Positions 19,780-28,350 of a stretch of DNA of 64,000 nt are shown one piece after another. Both the position numbers and the translations under genes were made by a program. Location: positions 257,140-321,139 of IMG/VR virus record IMGVR_UViG_3300031951_000003. One strand, written 5' to 3'. Numbering within the stretch: position 1 is the first letter of the stretch; each line of letters begins with the position of its first letter. The notes beneath the pieces are model-generated. The model was given only the letters and a program-made list of their open reading frames with translations. It was not told the origin of the DNA and did no database searches.

Positions 19780-21380
19780 GTGTAATAATTGTTTGTTGTT
19801 TTTCTCTCAGTCCAAATCAAGTTTCCATCATCATCAAAATGAGAACCTGAGGAAAGTTTGATTCCGTTGTTACAAACTTTTTCTATCGAGACTGTTTCGA
19901 ATTTTTTATCCTCAAAGCAAGATAAGACAACTTCATCTAATTTCAATAGAACCTTACTCCAAGATGAATCAAGTTTTTGATTGAATTTTCCTAAAGTTTG
20001 AACTCTATCCACATGTATTTTGTCTATATTTTTCAGAAAAACAATTCTATATTCAATCGTTGCTCTTTCTGTGGAATCAATTGAATTTTTTCTAAGTGAA
20101 ATTATCATGGAACCCGCTTTACCAATATATCCTTTTACACAGTTGGATTGATTAAAACTTTCATGATTATATTCTTCACTAGTTTTCAATAAGACAGGAA
20201 AAAAATCATCTAAAGGTTTTTCGATTCTGTCATAAAAATACTCAGGATAAAGTCTTATGTAAGACCCTTTACGATAATGGTCCAATTTATCAGTCCAATC
20301 CAAGTGTTCTGCTTGGAATTTATTGTAATCATTACCATCAGTCGTCCACCTTGTTTCAGTCTCACCGAATTCTTTTAAGGAAGTGTAGGTTCTTACATGG
20401 TCATTAAATGTCCAATTGTTCATTGTGTCATTGAGAATCATTCCTTTAAAAACAGAATAAACTTTTTTCAATTCTTCGTTGGAAAGATAATTTTTGAAAT
20501 TATCAGGTATTGATATGGATTTCCCTTGAGAACTTAGAATTTCTTTGATGATATCACCATCTTGATTTAACCAATCCTCTCCGAATAATTTCTTAGCACA
20601 AGTATAAAGTTCAACATTGAGAAAATTTACTTCATGTAGATATTTTTTAAGTTTTTTTCCTTTAAAACTCCAAACTTGCATAAATGTATCAACAATTTTC
20701 TTGTCATTTTTTTTCAAGATTTTTCTGTAATCCTTACCCCACATGAAATTCACATAAATCCAAAAATTATTTGGATACTTGAAACCCTTTTTGTCCAAAT
20801 AGAATTTCATTAATTTTTCATCATTATCCAATTTATCCAAATTTAAATCTATTCTTTCGAAGAATTTATTAGCAACTTCGAAAATAACCTCAGATGAGTT
20901 GTCACAAAAATTGGAGAGATGATTTTTGATACTTGACAGTATAGAGGAAAAAGGGTTATTAGGAAAATAATTTCTTCGTATGGATTTAGTGAATTTTTTT
21001 TTCTTTTGGTAATTGTGCAAATATCCTCTATAAAAATCGCCCGTCTTTTTGTTTACGGTTAGAAATTCAACATTTTTAGAGACTTTGAACCATGGCTTCC
21101 CAACCCCTCTGGCCTTTCCACCATAGAAAAATTTCAAGGATAATTTATCATCTTTTTCTTCAATTACAATCATACTGTAATACCTGTTTACAGCATAGAT
21201 GGGGTTGGCAAAATTCTTTACGAATGTTTCCTCATCGTGAAATTTGTTTTCAATTACGAATAAAGGATGTCTCAAGTCCTCTGTTTCTCCAAAAACTATA
21301 TTCCTCTCATTCAAAGATGAGTGGTCTCTATATTTTTCAGAAATGAATTTTGTAAAATTTACTTTATAGATTTCAGTCAT
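19767..21380 (-). CDS. PcfJ-like domain protein
   Basis: C-terminal EYNHESFNQSNCVKGY...RATIEY...Q.LGKFN. Confidence 0.7.
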   Translation of the reverse strand: MTEIYKVNFTKFISEKYRDHSSLNERNIVFGETEDLRHPLFVIENKFHDEETFVKNFANPIYAVNRYYSMIVIEEKDDKLSLKFFYGGKARGVGKPWFKVSKNVEFLTVNKKTGDFYRGYLHNYQKKKKFTKSIRRNYFPNNPFSSILSSIKNHLSNFCDNSSEVIFEVANKFFERIDLNLDKLDNDEKLMKFYLDKKGFKYPNNFWIYVNFMWGKDYRKILKKNDKKIVDTFMQVWSFKGKKLKKYLHEVNFLNVELYTCAKKLFGEDWLNQDGDIIKEILSSQGKSISIPDNFKNYLSNEELKKVYSVFKGMILNDTMNNWTFNDHVRTYTSLKEFGETETRWTTDGNDYNKFQAEHLDWTDKLDHYRKGSYIRLYPEYFYDRIEKPLDDFFPVLLKTSEEYNHESFNQSNCVKGYIGKAGSMIISLRKNSIDSTERATIEYRIVFLKNIDKIHVDRVQTLGKFNQKLDSSWSKVLLKLDEVVLSCFEDKKFETVSIEKVCNNGIKLSSGSHFDDDGNLIWTERKTTNNYYTWDF

Positions 21381-21404
21381 TAGTATACAAATATAATAAA
21401 AAAA

Positions 21405-21424
21405 GAAGGGAGAAAACTCCCTTC
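21405..21424 (-). terminator. Intrinsic terminator after the DUF932 gene
   Basis: GAAGGGAG-AAAA-CTCCCTTC hairpin with a T-run on the minus strand. Confidence 0.7.
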
Positions 21425-21429
21425 AAAAA

Positions 21430-22185
21430 TTAACCACAATATGATTCAGCCAATTCCCAAAGACCGGTGTTGATTTTATTAATGGTTTGGAAGTTTTTCA
21501 ATTCCTTCATTGTAACCAAACGACCTCTCTTGGATTGATATTTAGTTCCACCACGGACAAATTTTTCTTGAATCACATTAAAGACTTTCCAAACAGAATT
21601 ACCGCTATCAGCATCTCTCTCGGGACGAAGTAATTCTTCAACGTTTATTGAGGTAGGAACTGAACCTTTTTCCCAACGAAGGAGGGATGCCTTATTCATC
21701 ATATCAATTGTTCTTTCTTCGTTGAGTTCTGTCGTTTCCATACGACCTACAGCTCTTTGGATAAGTGGGAGACGGTCAGCGAACTCATCAGTGATTTGAC
21801 GAACAACCCCCATGTCAACACGCATATGTTTAACAGAAATACTGTCAGCAACTGATGTTGGAACAGTAAGACCATTTGAGCAAACCAAACGGAAAAGACC
21901 GGCGCTCACTGAAAAGGTGCTCATGCCATTGTGTGAATTTCGAATCACTGCCTCAACCAATGAATCTCCGACTTGAGGTAATTCTCCATTTCTTAAACGT
22001 AGTTCGTGACTCGAAAAACGACCTTGACCTATTTGTTTTGCGGAATAGAGTCTCCAACCTTCACGGTCAAAATTTTCCAAAATTTCCATGGTTGGAACGA
22101 AGGTATACTTCTCAGACATTTTAGGGTCTGCACTTGTAGAGAAAACGGCGGGAACTGTGTTACGAATAGAATCGAGTGTAATCAT
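21430..22185 (-). CDS. DUF932 family protein
   Basis: PAVFS...SEKYTFVPT, RNSHNG...AGLFRLVCSNGL, NSVWKVFNVIQE. Confidence 0.8.
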   Translation of the reverse strand: MITLDSIRNTVPAVFSTSADPKMSEKYTFVPTMEILENFDREGWRLYSAKQIGQGRFSSHELRLRNGELPQVGDSLVEAVIRNSHNGMSTFSVSAGLFRLVCSNGLTVPTSVADSISVKHMRVDMGVVRQITDEFADRLPLIQRAVGRMETTELNEERTIDMMNKASLLRWEKGSVPTSINVEELLRPERDADSGNSVWKVFNVIQEKFVRGGTKYQSKRGRLVTMKELKNFQTINKINTGLWELAESYCG

Positions 22186-22203
22186 GTTTATTAATTTAGA
22201 TTA

Positions 22204-22211
22204 CAAAGATA
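22204..22211 (-). promoter_or_regulatory. Bacteroidota-type -7 promoter element TATCTTTG
   Basis: Matches TAnnTTTG, with a TTTG about 18 nt upstream. Confidence 0.6.
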
Positions 22212-22235
22212 CAGTATTAATTTGAATTACAAAAA

Positions 22236-22514
22236 TTAATTTAAACAAACTAGACCAAATTTAGTCTTGAAGAAAGGTGCAAATAATTCTTTAGTTTCGA
22301 TTGGTTTCTGATTAAGCTCTCTACACACGTCAATGAGTTGTTTCTGAGTTAAACTAACCTCTTTACCATTTTCGATATTATCAAAGGCTACCTCACGAAT
22401 CTTTACATAAAATTCTTCTTCCTTGTCTTTTGGAATAAGATTAAATAAGTCTTTTGGATTTTCCTTGAAAAACTTGACGATGTTATTCATATATATGTCA
22501 ACATCTACGCTCAT
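22236..22514 (-). CDS. Hypothetical protein
   Basis: Start moved to MSVDVDIY to avoid overlap with the upstream gene. Confidence 0.6.
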   Translation of the reverse strand: MSVDVDIYMNNIVKFFKENPKDLFNLIPKDKEEEFYVKIREVAFDNIENGKEVSLTQKQLIDVCRELNQKPIETKELFAPFFKTKFGLVCLN

Positions 22515-22524
22515 AGTGAAATGA

Positions 22525-23847
22525 TTATTCCTCACCTTCCAAATCCCACATATTGTTACCCATGTCACTACCTTTTCTTTTGATACATTCAGGAACTTGA
22601 CAATTGTCACTTCCTTTCAGATTAATAAAGAAAAGACTCGGCATGTTACACACACATTCAGGGATAGAAGTAAGTTGTTTGTTATTAATAAGTGCTAAGA
22701 ACTTCAACTTTGGTAATTCACAAATTGAATCGGGCACAGTTTCAACACAATTATCAAGTAATATCATTCTCAAGTCTTTGAATCTAGAAATCGATTCAGG
22801 AATGTTAATAATAATATTATTTTTGTCTCTATTTTGGATTTGAAATTCAGTCAAGGTAGATGGTAAGTTATCTATCAAATCGTCTAAACCATAAAGGGCA
22901 ATGAATTTTCCAATTGCACCATGAGAAAAACTATCAATAACAAGTTTTTCACCTCCAACAGTCAAACCTTTTGCAAATTCTGGTTTGAATAACGGTTTCA
23001 ATTCAGACATTCTTCCATTGAGTAGCCCAACTAAATCTTGTTGACGGTCATCCTTGTCCATAAATTGATTGGATGGGAAATGGAATTGAAATCTTTCAAC
23101 AGGTAAACCTGTTTCAGAGGCTTTGTTAGGGTCATTTGGATTGAACACAACATATAATGGACCGTCCTTAATATATCTATCAAACCAAGACAATCCAGGT
23201 GCAGAAGTGCACCATCTAGTCTCTCTATTATTTCCACCGTAAAAACATGCGGCTTCTTTTCCTGATAAACCCTTGTCTTCAATCTTAATCACTCTCCAAT
23301 CTTCACCGTCATACATGAGTTCAGCACCAGGGTGAACTTCGGCAGTTTTTCTTTCTGCTTTAGTTGTTGTTGCCATCGTAAGGTCGAAGTCTTTAACTTC
23401 GTCATACAATTGGTCAGGAGTCAACTTCATTATATCCCTTTTTTCCAAAGGAATACGTTTGTAAAATCTTCCGAATTTCTTCAAATCATCTGTAACCTTA
23501 TACAGGTCTTCCAAGAATGTTTCCTTTACTTGAGCAAGTTCTCTTTCATAACCCGTATCACCAGGTTGTCTTTCAGTCTTAACGTTCAAGAAACTTTTGA
23601 TGAGCCAGTTAACATACTTACCTGCCTTTATTTTTTCAAGTTCTTTGGAGTCTGCACTCTCAGGGTCAACGTTATTTAATTTAGTGGTAGGGTCTGCCTG
23701 CACCAATTTTAAAAATTCAGCCACGGTCATCTTGGGCTTTTGTTTTTTTCCCTTCTTGTCTTCAGTAGGTTTTGTTAAAGCATTTCTCAAAATCTCAAAT
23801 CTTGATTGCTCCAACAAAATATCTTTAAGTAATGATGTAAATTTCAT
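22525..23847 (-). CDS. Putative virion protein with C.YG..T.WC domain and C-terminal leucine-rich repeats
   Basis: ILLEQ N-terminus, AACFYGGNNRETRWCT, and LRR-like VPDSICELPKLKFLALINNKQLTSIPECVCNMPSL. Confidence 0.65.
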   Translation of the reverse strand: MKFTSLLKDILLEQSRFEILRNALTKPTEDKKGKKQKPKMTVAEFLKLVQADPTTKLNNVDPESADSKELEKIKAGKYVNWLIKSFLNVKTERQPGDTGYERELAQVKETFLEDLYKVTDDLKKFGRFYKRIPLEKRDIMKLTPDQLYDEVKDFDLTMATTTKAERKTAEVHPGAELMYDGEDWRVIKIEDKGLSGKEAACFYGGNNRETRWCTSAPGLSWFDRYIKDGPLYVVFNPNDPNKASETGLPVERFQFHFPSNQFMDKDDRQQDLVGLLNGRMSELKPLFKPEFAKGLTVGGEKLVIDSFSHGAIGKFIALYGLDDLIDNLPSTLTEFQIQNRDKNNIIINIPESISRFKDLRMILLDNCVETVPDSICELPKLKFLALINNKQLTSIPECVCNMPSLFFINLKGSDNCQVPECIKRKGSDMGNNMWDLEGEE

Positions 23848-23891
23848 CTACCACGAATTTATTAATAAATATATTGATTACACAAAAATAA

Positions 23892-24731
23892 CTAATAATT
23901 CAATATCAAGAGCTCTTCACCCATATTTTGTTTCGTCCCTTTTTTCGCAGCAGCTGCTTTAGCAAACTTCTTCTTTTCCCATCTGAATCTATCTGTTGAA
24001 TACCATTGACTTAAAAGGTCAAAATCGTAGTAAGATAAACTAAACTTACTTTGGACTGAATTCAACACATTTGCCAATCTTTCGTGGTCTGCTCTGTCGA
24101 AATCATGGTTGGAATAGTAATTTTCAGTTTTCCAATATGGTGGGTCCAAGTAAATATAAGTTGACGGGGAGTCGTATTTCTCTATAACCTTTTGGAAATC
24201 CATATTTTCAACATGAGTAATCTTATTAAAGTGTTCGACCCATTTTGGATTAGATAGTTTGTCTCTGAAAGACAAATATTTTGAACGATACTTTCCCTTC
24301 AAATCTATAAAGTTAGAAGTTTCAGGTTTACTTCCACTGAACACTTGAGTGACAATGTAAACGTATTTTGCAGCAACTTCGTAGTCAGGGTAATTTATAG
24401 TAAATCCCGATGAAAATAATTCAGTTTGATACTCTCTGAATCTATCCTTGTAACTTATGTCTGTAACTAATTTACCAAACTCTTGAACCGGTATGGTGTC
24501 CAAAACTCTTTGGAGTTCAGCAGGATTCTGAACACATTGAAATAGATTGTAGTTTAGTGGGTTGAAGTCATTGTAGACCACTCGTTTGAGGTTTGTGAAT
24601 TTTTCTAAATTCATGTTGAAATAACACCAAAACATTCCCCCGAATGTTTCGACATATGTTTCCATATCCTCAGGATAGTATTCGACTATCCATTTTCCAA
24701 TTTTTGATTTTCCTCCGATATAACTTAACAT
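23892..24731 (-). CDS. dam: Dam-family DNA adenine methyltransferase
   Basis: YIGGKSK, YVETFGG, VYNDFN, YLDPPY. Confidence 0.85.
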   Translation of the reverse strand: MLSYIGGKSKIGKWIVEYYPEDMETYVETFGGMFWCYFNMNLEKFTNLKRVVYNDFNPLNYNLFQCVQNPAELQRVLDTIPVQEFGKLVTDISYKDRFREYQTELFSSGFTINYPDYEVAAKYVYIVTQVFSGSKPETSNFIDLKGKYRSKYLSFRDKLSNPKWVEHFNKITHVENMDFQKVIEKYDSPSTYIYLDPPYWKTENYYSNHDFDRADHERLANVLNSVQSKFSLSYYDFDLLSQWYSTDRFRWEKKKFAKAAAAKKGTKQNMGEELLILNY

Positions 24732-24767
24732 ATAAGAAATATAATAAAAAAAATCAAAAAAGCAAAT

Positions 24768-24944
24768 TTAGTTATAACAATTTTTGTAAGGTCTACATGA
24801 AGCTTTCTGAGTAAATCCCATATCTGAGCATGATGTAGATTTACAATATGATTTACTATATTTCCTTGGTTTCTTAAATTTCTTTTGTTCTTTCTCGTCC
24901 AAATATTGGTAAAGAACTCTTTTAATAATTTGTTCCAAAATCAT
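24768..24944 (-). CDS. Small basic Cys-rich protein (58 aa, not in the ORF track)
   Basis: MILEQIIKRVLYQYLDEKEQKKFKKPRKYSKSYCKSTSCSDMGFTQKASCRPYKNCYN*, with ATATTTATA upstream. Confidence 0.65.
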   Translation of the reverse strand: MILEQIIKRVLYQYLDEKEQKKFKKPRKYSKSYCKSTSCSDMGFTQKASCRPYKNCYN

Positions 24945-24954
24945 AATTATAAAT

Positions 24955-25095
24955 ATGGCATGTAGTAGTTGTAAATCAAATCGTCCAATAAATAGAGTTA
25001 AATGGGGCGTGTTAATTTTAGGAAGTTATATTGTTTTCTCATCTGTTTACGGAACAATCGAAATATTCAAAATTATAATAGAATTTTTTAAATAG
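24955..25095 (+). CDS. Small MACSSCK membrane protein (46 aa, not in the ORF track)
   Basis: CxxC N-terminus followed by a TM helix. Confidence 0.5.
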   Translation: MACSSCKSNRPINRVKWGVLILGSYIVFSSVYGTIEIFKIIIEFFK

Positions 25096-26008
25096 GTCTC
25101 TCGAATTTCAAATTGAGTTTAACATAAAAATCACCACCTTTATATCCTTTTCCTCTTAATCTTAAAGGTTTAGATGTGTCTATTATTTTTGGTGCTTGTA
25201 AATTTAAATCACCATCTGGATGTGGAATTAAAAATTTATCATTTTGTATTTGTTCCAAATTCAGTGTCAAATTATAAACCAAATCTGAATTAATCTTTTC
25301 AAACCCATCTTTCGGGACCATTTCCACTTGAATTACCAAATCCCCCATACCTCCGTTTTTGAAATCACCCAAGTTTGGTAGTTTGAGAAACTGTCCACTA
25401 TCAATACCTTGTGGGACTTTGACCCTAATGCTATGAATGGTCTGACTTGTTCCTTTTCCACCACACAAATAACACCTTTCAACTAAAATGGTTCCTTGAC
25501 CATTGCAGTTCCCGCAAATTGTCCTTATTTGTTGAACCATGAATCCTGTCCCAAATGTTTTGATAAAGAAACCTTGACCACCGCAAGACCCACAGGTTTG
25601 ATGCTGGCCCCCGTTACCTTGACAAGAATTACACGGAATATCTCTACTATATTGAATTTCCTTTTCCCCACCCAAATAGGATTCAATTGGTGAAACTTGA
25701 AGTCTCACAACTTTGTCTGGTGCATGCCTCGGTCTTTGTCCTTGGAAATGAGGATTGCGACCAAACATGTTATCAAAGAAACTCTCAAAATTGGTTCCTT
25801 GATATGGGTTGGACTTTTGATTATTATACTGAGCTCTTTTTTCTCTGTCTCCCAAAACTTCGTAAGCTTCGTTTATCTCTTTAAATTTTTCAGCACCATC
25901 GGGATTGATGTCAGGATGAAATCTTTTTGAGAGGTTTCTGTAACTCTTTTTGATTTCATCTTCTGAGGCATTCTCTTCAACTTCTAGAATTTTGTAGTAA
26001 TTTTTCAT
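25088..26008 (-). CDS. dnaJ: DnaJ chaperone
   Basis: J-domain HPD, four CxxCxGxG repeats and the C-terminal domain. Confidence 0.92.
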   Translation of the reverse strand: MKNYYKILEVEENASEDEIKKSYRNLSKRFHPDINPDGAEKFKEINEAYEVLGDREKRAQYNNQKSNPYQGTNFESFFDNMFGRNPHFQGQRPRHAPDKVVRLQVSPIESYLGGEKEIQYSRDIPCNSCQGNGGQHQTCGSCGGQGFFIKTFGTGFMVQQIRTICGNCNGQGTILVERCYLCGGKGTSQTIHSIRVKVPQGIDSGQFLKLPNLGDFKNGGMGDLVIQVEMVPKDGFEKINSDLVYNLTLNLEQIQNDKFLIPHPDGDLNLQAPKIIDTSKPLRLRGKGYKGGDFYVKLNLKFERPI

Positions 26009-26010
26009 AT

Positions 26011-26655
26011 ATGGCTAATTACCTCGTGGTATTATTCAAGGATAAAAAAAAGAAAAGAATAATAAATAAGTTTATCACCCCTTCCAAGGCTAAGGATTTT
26101 TTCAACAAAAAAATGAAAGAATCCAGTGACGTAATTTTTGATGTAAAATATGAATCAGGAAAGGAAGTCGACTATGAAATGGGTATAATACATATGAGTT
26201 CAAAACAAGAAGTGCCAATCTATCTAACCGACGATTTGGGTAGAAATTTGAGAGTAAAACTTGATGAACCTGGTATGACATTGATTTTAATATCTCCATA
26301 CAAAAAGGAGGAAAAGGTTTTCGACATTCAAACGAAAAAGAAGATAGAAGTCCAAAGGTTGATAAAAACTTATTTGAAGGGCGAAGGTGTAAAAATGATA
26401 TCAATGTTGAATAATAAGGTTATCATTCAAGATGAGGAAAAAGTCTTTTTGTTCACTTTGAAAAATGAATCAGAAGCATCACGTTTTATTGATTGTCTAT
26501 CAAATTACTTTTGGAAAATCAAAAGGGGTGATTGTCTGTTTGTTAAGGACTTTTCTAAACCACAGAAAAAATACTTATATCAATTGTTGGAAAATAAAGG
26601 ATTTGATAAGTCCATCTTATACAGAAGATTTACTTCTCTTCCTCATCAAGAATAA
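26011..26655 (+). CDS. Hypothetical protein
   Basis: 214-aa ORF divergent from dnaJ. Confidence 0.6.
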   Translation: MANYLVVLFKDKKKKRIINKFITPSKAKDFFNKKMKESSDVIFDVKYESGKEVDYEMGIIHMSSKQEVPIYLTDDLGRNLRVKLDEPGMTLILISPYKKEEKVFDIQTKKKIEVQRLIKTYLKGEGVKMISMLNNKVIIQDEEKVFLFTLKNESEASRFIDCLSNYFWKIKRGDCLFVKDFSKPQKKYLYQLLENKGFDKSILYRRFTSLPHQE

Positions 26656-26860
26656 AGTGAAATTCAGTTCCTGAGATGTCTATTGAAAATTGTTTGTGAT
26701 GTCTTTCAATCTCTCTGAAATGATTAATGACTTTGGTATATTCTTCCTTTTTCAGCTCGAATATCATTGTTGCTTTTCCGACAAAAACGTTTTGACAAGC
26801 GTCGGCAATCAAAGCTAACTTTTCTAATTCCCCAAAATCAGTATTTTTATTTTCTGCCAT
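26630..26860 (-). CDS. Hypothetical protein
   Basis: Tiled ORF. Confidence 0.55.
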   Translation of the reverse strand: MAENKNTDFGELEKLALIADACQNVFVGKATMIFELKKEEYTKVINHFREIERHHKQFSIDISGTEFHFILDEEEK

Positions 26861-27012
26861 AAGGTTAGTTTTTTTGGTTTGGGAAATATGTCTTCTTTAT
26901 TCAACTTTTTTATTTGACGTATGAAGCTTTCTTTTTCCCTTTCCAATTCTTTTTTATCCTTCGCTTTCTCGCTGTTCAGCCATTGTAATATCTTCTCCTG
27001 TCTCTGACTCAT
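26824..27012 (-). CDS. Hypothetical basic protein
   Basis: Tiled ORF; start uncertain. Confidence 0.5.
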   Translation of the reverse strand: MSQRQEKILQWLNSEKAKDKKELEREKESFIRQIKKLNKEDIFPKPKKLTLWQKIKILILGN

Positions 27013-27403
27013 CGTTAATTTCTAATTCAGTTTGTTCTAATTCGAAATCGAAATATAATGTTTTAAGTTTATCTAAATCAGTCTTTTCGAAAGTTTCTTT
27101 CAACTGTTCTATTGTATGTTTGAAAAGTTTTTCTTTGATTTCTTTTTCTTTATTCAATTTAATTATTTTTGAAATCTTAGACAAGGTAGAAGAGGTGTTG
27201 GCCTCATCCAAGGGTGTAACGAACGAAATCCCTTTTTTATTGGAATCCTCTGTTTCGAAAGAAACTACTTGTCCTTCCTCAACCATACTCTTTGGAATTA
27301 CCCATTTAGAAGGAAACTCTATGTCGAAACTCAAATAGGTTTTGAGCTTCCTGATTGAACGTATGTATTCAATGAACGGGGCTATTTCTTTGTAAAAACT
27401 CAT
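26954..27403 (-). CDS. Hypothetical protein
   Basis: Tiled ORF. Confidence 0.6.
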   Translation of the reverse strand: MSFYKEIAPFIEYIRSIRKLKTYLSFDIEFPSKWVIPKSMVEEGQVVSFETEDSNKKGISFVTPLDEANTSSTLSKISKIIKLNKEKEIKEKLFKHTIEQLKETFEKTDLDKLKTLYFDFELEQTELEINDESETGEDITMAEQRESEG

Positions 27404-27621
27404 TTCGTAATAAGATATGTTATTATGTAACTCAACGATAAACCTAAGAAGATAAGTTCCCTGTTACTATAAACCATTGGTTTTGGTTCTTTTTGTAACA
27501 GGGCGCTTAAAAATTTTGTGACATTTTTTAATGTTACTAATATTGTGAAAACAAATATAAAAATATATATCGTTTCAATATTATGCATTATCCTCTGTCT
27601 TTTTGTGTTCAAGAATTTCAC
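27400..27621 (-). CDS. Small two-TM membrane protein
   Basis: Two hydrophobic segments. Confidence 0.5.
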   Translation of the reverse strand: MKFLNTKRQRIMHNIETIYIFIFVFTILVTLKNVTKFLSALLQKEPKPMVYSNRELIFLGLSLSYIITYLITK

Positions 27622-27763
27622 CTCTGAGTTTCTGTAAAAGAGCTTTCAATTCTTGTGCAGATTTTCTTGCTCTTGTTCCCGCACTCTTATTTCCTTTGAA
27701 AAACTTTGTTGTGTCAACTGAAAGTAGTTCGGTCAATTCTTTGATTTTTTCTAATGTTTCCAT
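27581..27763 (-). CDS. Histone H1-like (Hc1 family) protein
   Basis: KGNKSAGTRARKSAQEL matches the Hc1-family KGNKAAGTRARK motif common in Bacteroidota. Confidence 0.75.
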   Translation of the reverse strand: METLEKIKELTELLSVDTTKFFKGNKSAGTRARKSAQELKALLQKLRGEILEHKKTEDNA

Positions 27764-27843
27764 TTTTCTATGGTTATAGTTGTTTATTAATAGTTATAAT
27801 ATTAACTTTTTTACGTCTGGTGTAAATAGAATCAAGATTTTTT

Positions 27844-28311
27844 TCAAATCATATTTTTTTCCATTAACTTATATAGCTCGGTCAGTATGTCCAAGTCAGA
27901 CTTACTAAAATCTTTTTCGACATCAAAAACATCATTGAGGAATTTGGGTATTGACATTTTTACGTTATCTTGTTGTTGATTATAAAAACTGTCTGAAAAA
28001 AATTCTTTGAAATACTCTTTGTGGTCCCCTTCTCTGTTTATTTTAATATTTTCCGCTAGAAAATTCTCTAATAATTTATTCCAACACCACTCGAAATGTT
28101 TTTCTTTATCTTCTTGCGAAAGGTAAATCTTAGTTTCACCCTCGGTGTCTCCCATATAAGTGTTGATAATAATATGGTTTAAACTTTTGAATAGGTCACC
28201 ATATAGCTCAATCTTTTCATAACTCATGTTATGAGTATTGAACCAAATCAAAACTTCATCTTTAGGTATTGTCTTGGACATCCAATTAAAAAAATTCTCC
28301 ATAGAGTTCAT
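27844..28311 (-). CDS. Hypothetical protein
   Basis: 155-aa ORF. Confidence 0.6.
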   Translation of the reverse strand: MNSMENFFNWMSKTIPKDEVLIWFNTHNMSYEKIELYGDLFKSLNHIIINTYMGDTEGETKIYLSQEDKEKHFEWCWNKLLENFLAENIKINREGDHKEYFKEFFSDSFYNQQQDNVKMSIPKFLNDVFDVEKDFSKSDLDILTELYKLMEKNMI

Positions 28312-28350
28312 CTATGGAGAATATAATAAATTAAATTTCAATGTGAATTT

